DNA of 64,000 nt, taken from IMG/VR virus record IMGVR_UViG_3300015607_004160; one strand, given 5' to 3'. Made by a program: the position numbers and the translations under genes. Below the pieces are notes generated by a model, which ran no database searches, was not told where the DNA came from, and saw nothing but the letters and a program-made list of their open reading frames with translations. Below are positions 57,105 to 64,000 of this stretch, piece by piece. Each line of letters begins with the position of its first letter. Position 1 is the first letter of the stretch. The stretch comes from a virus. Lineage: Duplodnaviria > Caudoviricetes.

Positions 57105-58901
57105 ATGTTATTTAAAAATTACCAAGAGTTCGCTAGTAACTTTAAAATAGATGAAAATGTCCAACAGGCTAAAATATGGATGAAAAAACGTGCTTTAGCT
57201 GATAAGAGAACAAAAACTAAAAAAGAAGATGCAACTTTATCTCCAGAGGAGGTTAGAAAAGTTGAAACCAATCCAGAATTTATTAAGATAAGGGATATGC
57301 TAAGAGATAATCCTGGATATGTTTATGCGTTTACAAGATTTTTCTTTGAAGAGGAAGTTCCTTTTGATGATTTAAAAGACATGTATGCAAAAATTAAAGA
57401 ACACAGAGCTGTTATTTCTACACTACCAATGCCGGTTGAAAGATATGCTGATATTACACCAGATGATAAAGACAAAAGAAAAGGATTTGAAAGATTAGGT
57501 GATGATATTGGTAAACTTGAATTGAGTAGAATTACTAAAAAATGGACAGATAGACTTCCAGGTGATTTTACAGTTACAAACCAAGGTGCAAAAGACAAAG
57601 GGGTTCAAGTTCCTTCTATTAAAAGAGCCTATCAAAATTCGCCAGATGCAATAAAAGAAAAAGTTGCAGGTATTGCAAAAGCTTTTGATGAGTTTGGTAA
57701 AGAATCTGATGGATCAATTGATCATAAGAAAAACAAAGAATTACAAGATTTATTCTTTGATAAAATCAAGAGATATAGAAATTTAAATGAGGTTATACAA
57801 GCTGCTATAGGATATATTAAATCAGCTAATAATGCAAGTATATCTAAATTTTTCCAAAACATTCAAAGAGTTAACGAAAAATATGGTGAATTAAATGGTG
57901 CGGACATTGTATATGATGATCATAACATATTGATTTTAGAAATCAGATCATTTTTTGCGAATAAGGAATTAAATGCTAACACCTCACACTGTATTGCATC
58001 AAGCTCCTATCAGTGGGACAACTATGTTGGATCTGATAATAATTTTAATAAGCAATATTATATTTATAACTTTAATTTATCACCAGGTGATGATAAGTCT
58101 GTAATTGGTATTACAATCGCACCTAGATCTGAAATTAGAGCGTGTCATACTAAGTCGGATGCTGGATATAGTGGACAGATAAAAGCATATATGAATCAAA
58201 TTAAAGTTCCTTTTGATGTTTTAGCTCCAATGTCAAATGATGAAATAGAAAGAAAGAAAAAAAGAATTATTGCAAATAAGGAGATTATTAAAAGTAACTT
58301 ATCATTATCTCAAATTCAAAAATATTATGAGGAAGGTGGTGATCCAAATGCTCAACAAGGTAAACCTCTAATTAATTCTGTAAAGGAAGATGATTATGAA
58401 AAAACTGAATGGTTATTAGAACATGGAGCTATGCCAAATATTGGAGGAGCTATTAAAGGTGCTCAAAATTTACCAATGATTAAATTATTGGTTAGTTATG
58501 GTGCTACAATAACCAATGAGATATTTAATAGTGTTGCTAGTGATTTTGAAGGTGTTAAATATTTACTTGATGCAGGGGTTGATCCTGATTTCGAGCAAGG
58601 ATTACCATTAAGAACAGCCGCTAAGATTAATAGAAAAGATATTTTGGAACTATTGGTTAATAGAGGAGCCAAGATAAGCACTAGAAGGTACATGGTTGTT
58701 AAATGGGCAGCTGAATGGGCAAATATAGATATCTTAAAATGGTTGTTAGATAAATTGGAAGAATCCGGTGAGAAAATTGAAGAAAAAATTCTTAGAGATT
58801 GGATACACTGGTCACAAACTTCTGATAAAATAAATGATACACAAAGGAGCGAAGTTAAAGCAGTATTAGAAGAGACAATAAAGAAATGGTTCAAGAAATA
58901 A
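57105..58901 (+). CDS. ankyrin-repeat protein with PcfJ-like middle domain, CTS-like N-terminus
   Basis: TSHCIA..W..Y..QYYIYNF; repeats such as LLEHGA, LVSYGA, LLDAGV, LVNRGA. Confidence 0.7.
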   Translation: MLFKNYQEFASNFKIDENVQQAKIWMKKRALADKRTKTKKEDATLSPEEVRKVETNPEFIKIRDMLRDNPGYVYAFTRFFFEEEVPFDDLKDMYAKIKEHRAVISTLPMPVERYADITPDDKDKRKGFERLGDDIGKLELSRITKKWTDRLPGDFTVTNQGAKDKGVQVPSIKRAYQNSPDAIKEKVAGIAKAFDEFGKESDGSIDHKKNKELQDLFFDKIKRYRNLNEVIQAAIGYIKSANNASISKFFQNIQRVNEKYGELNGADIVYDDHNILILEIRSFFANKELNANTSHCIASSSYQWDNYVGSDNNFNKQYYIYNFNLSPGDDKSVIGITIAPRSEIRACHTKSDAGYSGQIKAYMNQIKVPFDVLAPMSNDEIERKKKRIIANKEIIKSNLSLSQIQKYYEEGGDPNAQQGKPLINSVKEDDYEKTEWLLEHGAMPNIGGAIKGAQNLPMIKLLVSYGATITNEIFNSVASDFEGVKYLLDAGVDPDFEQGLPLRTAAKINRKDILELLVNRGAKISTRRYMVVKWAAEWANIDILKWLLDKLEESGEKIEEKILRDWIHWSQTSDKINDTQRSEVKAVLEETIKKWFKK

Positions 58902-58905
58902 AAAT

Positions 58906-58930
58906 AAACCTCTTAGAAATAAGAGGTTTT
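58906..58930. terminator. bidirectional intrinsic terminator
   Basis: AAACCTCTTA-GAAA-TAAGAGGTTT between convergent genes. Confidence 0.8.
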
Positions 58931-59174
58931 ATAATTTCCACCCATCTTCAAGAGCATCTTTTAATTTATTTACATTATCTCCAATTGATTTAAAATAATC
59001 TTTATACCCTCTTCCTTGATTAGGAATCTCTTTTTCTTCAGTCTCTTCCTTATCTAAGTTCCAATAATCAAAGTTCGGATCATCATAAAATCCTAAACTC
59101 CTCCACTGAATACTACCATCATCAAGAAGAAAATGATCTTGGTAACTCACCATATTCTCCTCTACTAACATCAT
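58929..59174 (-). CDS. hypothetical protein (possibly frameshifted tail of upstream gene)
   Basis: 53-nt overlap with 59122-60003. Confidence 0.45.
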   Translation of the reverse strand: MMLVEENMVSYQDHFLLDDGSIQWRSLGFYDDPNFDYWNLDKEETEEKEIPNQGRGYKDYFKSIGDNVNKLKDALEDGWKL

Positions 59175-60003
59175 ATAATAAATAAAGTTTACTCATCTCA
59201 TCTTCGACTGGCAATCTTTTAAAGATTACGATATAAAATAAATATCTTGGAAAATCATTAAAAAATTCTCTCAATTCCTTTTCCGATTGTTTAGGCGGAA
59301 GTTTTAATAGTTTTCTCCACCAACTTTCTACTTCAGTTTTGACAGTTGTACTTTTATACCAATTAGTGCCACCATAATAAGCACCAGTAGTCATATACTT
59401 CTCTATCCACTCTTTATTTTTCTTTAATCCAGCTTTCCATGCAGCATCTGAAGAGTACCTAATTGCAGCCCTATATGTCTTAGGTTTAACTGCCATAATA
59501 TCATCATCTTCATATATAATATCAAATTCATTTCTTTCTATTTTAACATCTTCTTCGAGAAGAATATCCCATCCCTTTTTATGAATAGTTTTTGTAGTCT
59601 CTTCTATATTTAATTTATCCCAATCATCTTCAGAAAAGAAGACAACTTTACACAATCTATCTTGTTGATTAAAGTTAATTACAAAAAATTTCAAACCATA
59701 ATATTTAGTCCGATTTCTAATATCTGATTCTGCAACAAAAAACTTGTTTAACTCATAAAATCCAATAATATAATATCTGATATAAGAACTCTTAGTAACA
59801 TTAGATAAAGATCCCCTTTGTGGAATTTTACTTTGATATTTGTTATATTGATCATCATCTAATATATTATCCAAATTAAAATTTGGGAGTATCCATTTAG
59901 ATTCTACTGCAGAAGTATGTGTTGGGATATAAGCAGCAATATCATCTATATTATCTATAGTTTGTTGAACAGTGAAAGATTCAAATAATTTAACATGCCT
60001 CAT
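59122..60003 (-). CDS. hypothetical protein, CTS-like N-terminus
   Basis: MRHVKLFESF; IYEDD..AVKPKTY.AA..Y resembles the middle domain of 57105-58901. Confidence 0.7.
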   Translation of the reverse strand: MRHVKLFESFTVQQTIDNIDDIAAYIPTHTSAVESKWILPNFNLDNILDDDQYNKYQSKIPQRGSLSNVTKSSYIRYYIIGFYELNKFFVAESDIRNRTKYYGLKFFVINFNQQDRLCKVVFFSEDDWDKLNIEETTKTIHKKGWDILLEEDVKIERNEFDIIYEDDDIMAVKPKTYRAAIRYSSDAAWKAGLKKNKEWIEKYMTTGAYYGGTNWYKSTTVKTEVESWWRKLLKLPPKQSEKELREFFNDFPRYLFYIVIFKRLPVEDEMSKLYLLYDVSRGEYGELPRSFSS

Positions 60004-60956
60004 TATTTCAATTTAATATTAAAATATACCCAATATGAGTTATATGATATATTGACTAGTAAACTTTTTGACCATTTGTATTTTGATAGCCAGTTCTTAA
60101 ATTCAGATTTTAAATGTTGATATGATGTATCCTCCAATACACCACCATCCCATTTGCCAATACCATAATATCCAAAAGTAATGACATCTCCATTTACAAT
60201 AGGTCCATTTTTAGATTGTGCATTTAAATTAAAGTTTGTAATTTCATTACAAATTTTACCAAATAGAGAAATATTATTAATATTCAAAGATACAATATCT
60301 TTTTTTAATGGCAATGCTGATTGTGACTGTAACATTAATAACCAATTTAAACTACCTTTATTCAATTTAAACTCACCCATTGGTATTATTTTATCGGTGT
60401 AAAATCCATATTCAAACATTGAGTTAGATTTAATGCCATAATAAAGACCGCAAGAATTATTTGTATAATCAACTAATTCCATAAACATGCCTAATGATTT
60501 AAATCTATAGAATATAGATTTAACTTTATTAATGTCAACTTCCATAGTTTTATAAAAAAATAAAAAATCACTTGGATTATCACTTTTCGGTATGTTCTTT
60601 AGTCCTAACGCAGTAATAGCCTTTAAAAAGGAATTAAATATATTTTTACCAGCTTTTACATCTAAACTTTCAAAAACAACATTTGTCATTATATCAACAT
60701 CTTTTTCCTTTTCACCTTTATTTAAATAATTATAAACACGATAAAAAAGTTGTTTTTTATCAAAATCAGGTAATAAATTAACAGCATTAGATATTCTAAT
60801 ATCAGTATCGGATTCTTTTATATAATTTGATACGATACTTAATAGATAATCATTTTCCTTAGTAACTTTCTCAATATACTCACCAATTGAATGATATTCT
60901 TTTTCTAAGTCTTGATACTTAGACTCAAGTATAAAATTTGAATATTTTGATATCAT
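60003..60956 (-). CDS. hypothetical protein, CTS-like N-terminus
   Basis: MISKYSNFILES; TAATATATA at 60963-60971. Confidence 0.75.
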   Translation of the reverse strand: MISKYSNFILESKYQDLEKEYHSIGEYIEKVTKENDYLLSIVSNYIKESDTDIRISNAVNLLPDFDKKQLFYRVYNYLNKGEKEKDVDIMTNVVFESLDVKAGKNIFNSFLKAITALGLKNIPKSDNPSDFLFFYKTMEVDINKVKSIFYRFKSLGMFMELVDYTNNSCGLYYGIKSNSMFEYGFYTDKIIPMGEFKLNKGSLNWLLMLQSQSALPLKKDIVSLNINNISLFGKICNEITNFNLNAQSKNGPIVNGDVITFGYYGIGKWDGGVLEDTSYQHLKSEFKNWLSKYKWSKSLLVNISYNSYWVYFNIKLK

Positions 60957-60987
60957 ATGATGTATATATTATTTATTTATATCATTT

Positions 60988-62997
60988 TTAACCACTACCA
61001 AATCCAGATGTTTGGTTTGATATTAAATTGATATTAAATAATGATCCAGCTGCACCACTGGTTGATATTCCTTTTCTGGTCGCACTTTCATAAGCAGTTA
61101 CCCTATAGGTAGCCGTATCATCATATACCGTAAATGAGAACGTGCCATTTCCAACTCTATTTGTAATGGCATATAAATCAACCTTGTTATCAGAGTGAAC
61201 TTCAAATAGTCTTAAGCTAACTGTACCGCCTCTACTACCATATATTGTTCCTGACACTGTATTTGTTATTGAATGATATGTGATTAGGTATGACATTCCA
61301 TACCTAGATGCTGTTGATAAGGATGTTCTATACCATCTTGATTGTGTTAGTGATAACTTATCATCTGTTGGATCTTGAGGATATAACATTAATTCAGGTC
61401 TAAGCCTAGCGTACCAATTTCCATATGTTAATTCAGCATCACCCACAATACCGTCAGTACCAAGTTCTCTCCATCCACCTGTTGAGTTGTCTATATTTTC
61501 AACGGACATTCTAGTCGCCAAATAAATTGGACCTGCTAATGAAATTGTAGTCGCCCAATAATTAAACTTCAGGGCAGCTCCATTTATATACCAATTATCT
61601 TCTGGAAAAAGAAATCTATCCAGCACAGACTCGTCAGATGATGCCGTAAATCCCATATTTTTTAAATGCCCATATACTGTGTGATTATGTGCACCAACAT
61701 CTATTGTGGGAGAAACCCCAGATTCATATAATATTTTAATAACTCCAGTACAAGATTGAATAGTACCAGCTGTTCTATACGCATCTATATATACTTCATT
61801 TGATCCTCGTGTAAGTCTGATACCAGTTAATCCAACTGATGAGGGGTCTAATCCATGTTGAAGTGAAAATTGTCCAGCAACAACGTTAGATGACTGTGCA
61901 TATGTTCTAAAAGATTGTGATCCACCTCTTACTAAGATAGTAGCACTAGCGTCATTTGTATAATTGAGTTCAACCGCGGCCTTTCTTAATACAATTGGTC
62001 CAGGTTCTTGAATATCAAAATCTTTATAATACCTAGATGGTCGAGATTGACTTAAAGATACTGGTGAGCTAAATTCCATAGGAAACTCAATATAATTTAA
62101 AGAAGCAGTTGTTCCTGCAACATCATAATTATATGTTATCCACTCATTGACTACAATACTGGTCCACCTAGTCGCTAAGCTAGATCCTAATAATAAACTA
62201 TGTGTGGCATTTGTAGAATAAGTAGAGACATCAATCTGATACATTTGCCATGTATCAGAAGCTGCTGTTGTAACCCTTGCTGGTAATTGTCCTATACCAC
62301 CACCATCAATACTATAACTTATCGTAATCCCATTTGTAGTTGCTGTATTATTAAGATTAACATTTCCCTTCAATTCGATCCATCTTGCTTGTATTTCCAA
62401 GTTTGCATAACTATTTAGCCATCCATTGGTTCCGGTTAATTTTGGCATAACTGCATAAACACCAGGTGTGGTTGGTAAAGTTGTTGTGGATGATTCATAT
62501 GGAACGCATACACTATCAGTTCTTCTTGGTGATGAATCATCATATACGTATGTAATATCCATATAAGGATAAACACCTCTAGCTGTAAATCCAGCACCTA
62601 CTCCACTAAATCTATTTTGAACACTAATTATTTTACCATTACTACTAGTACCAAAGCTTCGATTAAAATATGATGCATAATCCATCGGACCAATAATACC
62701 ACCCCAGTTTTCACCAGAATTTGGTAAAGTACCTGCTCCCATACCAACTGGAGACCCACCAGTTGGACCAGTAGCACCTATAAAAACACTAGCTGTAAAT
62801 CCACTAATAGTTAGTGTTCCAACAGAATTATCTTGAACTGCCACATAAAGTTGAACAGATGAAAAAGTAACTGAAATTGGATCATTTTCAGATATTGATA
62901 TACTTTGTGTTCCGATTGAAACTGTACCACCTCCTGCTTTGTCTAAAACGTTACCAAATGCAAAAGGAAACCTAACCGTTTTTTTTCTTTTAGCCAT
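60988..62997 (-). CDS. putative virion tail/receptor-binding protein
   Basis: 669 aa, Ser/Thr/Gly-rich beta composition, next to collagen-like gene. Confidence 0.55.
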   Translation of the reverse strand: MAKRKKTVRFPFAFGNVLDKAGGGTVSIGTQSISISENDPISVTFSSVQLYVAVQDNSVGTLTISGFTASVFIGATGPTGGSPVGMGAGTLPNSGENWGGIIGPMDYASYFNRSFGTSSNGKIISVQNRFSGVGAGFTARGVYPYMDITYVYDDSSPRRTDSVCVPYESSTTTLPTTPGVYAVMPKLTGTNGWLNSYANLEIQARWIELKGNVNLNNTATTNGITISYSIDGGGIGQLPARVTTAASDTWQMYQIDVSTYSTNATHSLLLGSSLATRWTSIVVNEWITYNYDVAGTTASLNYIEFPMEFSSPVSLSQSRPSRYYKDFDIQEPGPIVLRKAAVELNYTNDASATILVRGGSQSFRTYAQSSNVVAGQFSLQHGLDPSSVGLTGIRLTRGSNEVYIDAYRTAGTIQSCTGVIKILYESGVSPTIDVGAHNHTVYGHLKNMGFTASSDESVLDRFLFPEDNWYINGAALKFNYWATTISLAGPIYLATRMSVENIDNSTGGWRELGTDGIVGDAELTYGNWYARLRPELMLYPQDPTDDKLSLTQSRWYRTSLSTASRYGMSYLITYHSITNTVSGTIYGSRGGTVSLRLFEVHSDNKVDLYAITNRVGNGTFSFTVYDDTATYRVTAYESATRKGISTSGAAGSLFNINLISNQTSGFGSG

Positions 62998-63026
62998 ATC
63001 CTATATATTTAATTTAATCACTTCGT

Positions 63027-64000
63027 TTAAATCATTGTGATCATTAATTGTAAATTAATATAGGATATATTACCCGTATTATTTTGAATATTCATCATTA
63101 AATAATCACCTGGTATAATAGTGCGATTCCAACCAGTCATATCATTACTACTATTTACATCTAATGCTGGTCCCCCAGCAGGTATATTAGGAGGTGCAGA
63201 TGCAACAATACTATATGTTGGATTGTTAGGTGATGCACCATTTCTTTTCCAGACTTCTACAATAACACTGTTTGTTGCTGTATCAACTGCCATATACCAT
63301 CCAAAAATAGAAGCGGTATAACCTATTCCAAATAATGTTTGACGAATTGGTCCTGTTAATCCAGGTTCAGATAAGTTTACTGCCATACCAATTTGTCTAA
63401 TATTTGATCCACCACTACTACTTCCAGTGCCACCTGATCCAGCAGGGCCTTGTGGTCCTTGATTTCCGCCAGATCCAGCGGGTGCCCAATAGGTTCCTCG
63501 AGCGGTTGCAGTTAATACATATCCAACTGGGCCGGTTGCTCCGTTAAAATCGGTGATATATCTACCTAGTTTAATATCACCGTTAAAGGATGCGGTGCTA
63601 TAAACACTAGTAATCCAATTTGAATTAACATTAAAAATAGGTGATGCCGTACTGCTATTTACGGTAAGCAAATTACCATTGGAACTGTTTTGTACAGAAA
63701 CCAAACTGATCCCGGTTCCACCAACGATATCCAATAATATGCTACTAGCAGCACTGTTTGTTCCAATTATAGATAGTTTATTACCATCAAATGTTAAATT
63801 ACTCTGCGCTACCGCTGATGACGAAACACCAGTAGCTGTCACTACCCTATAAAGACTAGAATTTAGTATCGTAAAACTACTACCACTACCAGTTCCACCT
63901 GATCCTGCCGGACCTTGAAAACCAGTTAAACCAATTAATCCTTGAAATCCTTGAAACCCCTGGAAGCCTTGAAACCCCTGGAAGCCTTGAAGTCCCTGAA
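63027..64000 (-). CDS. collagen-like tail fibre protein (5' end outside window)
   Basis: Frame is open to the window edge: (G-F-Q)n and GPQ Gly-X-Y repeats at about 63905-64000 and 63440-63480. Confidence 0.8.
   Translation of the reverse strand, partial: QGLQGFQGFQGFQGFQGFQGLIGLTGFQGPAGSGGTGSGSSFTILNSSLYRVVTATGVSSSAVAQSNLTFDGNKLSIIGTNSAASSILLDIVGGTGISLVSVQNSSNGNLLTVNSSTASPIFNVNSNWITSVYSTASFNGDIKLGRYITDFNGATGPVGYVLTATARGTYWAPAGSGGNQGPQGPAGSGGTGSSSGGSNIRQIGMAVNLSEPGLTGPIRQTLFGIGYTASIFGWYMAVDTATNSVIVEVWKRNGASPNNPTYSIVASAPPNIPAGGPALDVNSSNDMTGWNRTIIPGDYLMMNIQNNTGNISYINLQLMITMI

Noticed and set aside
2636-63321. many 60-130 aa ORFs nested in or antisense to long genes (e.g. 8010, 11586, 38281, 58496, 63121)
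   Set aside because: Shadow ORFs of well-supported genes, with no motifs or promoter context.
1-64000. stop-codon reassignment as seen in some Bacteroidota jumbo phages
   Set aside because: Conserved genes are full length in code 11, coding density is high, and TAG/TGA end genes at sensible places.

Overview
Very AT-rich, gene-dense 64-kb segment of a large T4-like (jumbo) phage genome read in genetic code 11. The host is most likely a Bacteroidota bacterium: several genes have TTTG-N19-20-TAnnTTTG promoters and leaders without a Shine-Dalgarno site. Recognisable genes are the N-terminal half of a split family-B DNA polymerase, a PolA-like palm protein, gp41/DnaB and DinG helicases, class II RNR, two DNA methyltransferases, ClpP, a tmRNA, a stand-alone NFACT-R domain, two M28 peptidases, a 2H phosphoesterase, a SAM-lyase-like protein, a HigA-MazG fusion, an intein-containing Fe-S flavoprotein, three free-standing endonucleases and tail/collagen-fibre genes. 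The main hidden structure is a pair of mutually exclusive peptide tags. About 30 unrelated proteins, many behind a TAATATATA promoter, start with a leader resembling the T4 capsid-targeting sequence (MKxxxxF/YxxF..[LIF]xE). Ten other small unrelated proteins, mostly behind host-type promoters, end in an R-[DNE]-x-K-[LI]-x-x-[LI]-[LIV] helix. The tmRNA has an unusually long 29-codon tag and is flanked by two homologous structured RNA elements whose outer stems differ in sequence but both pair. All functional calls come from reading motifs by eye; no database searches were run.
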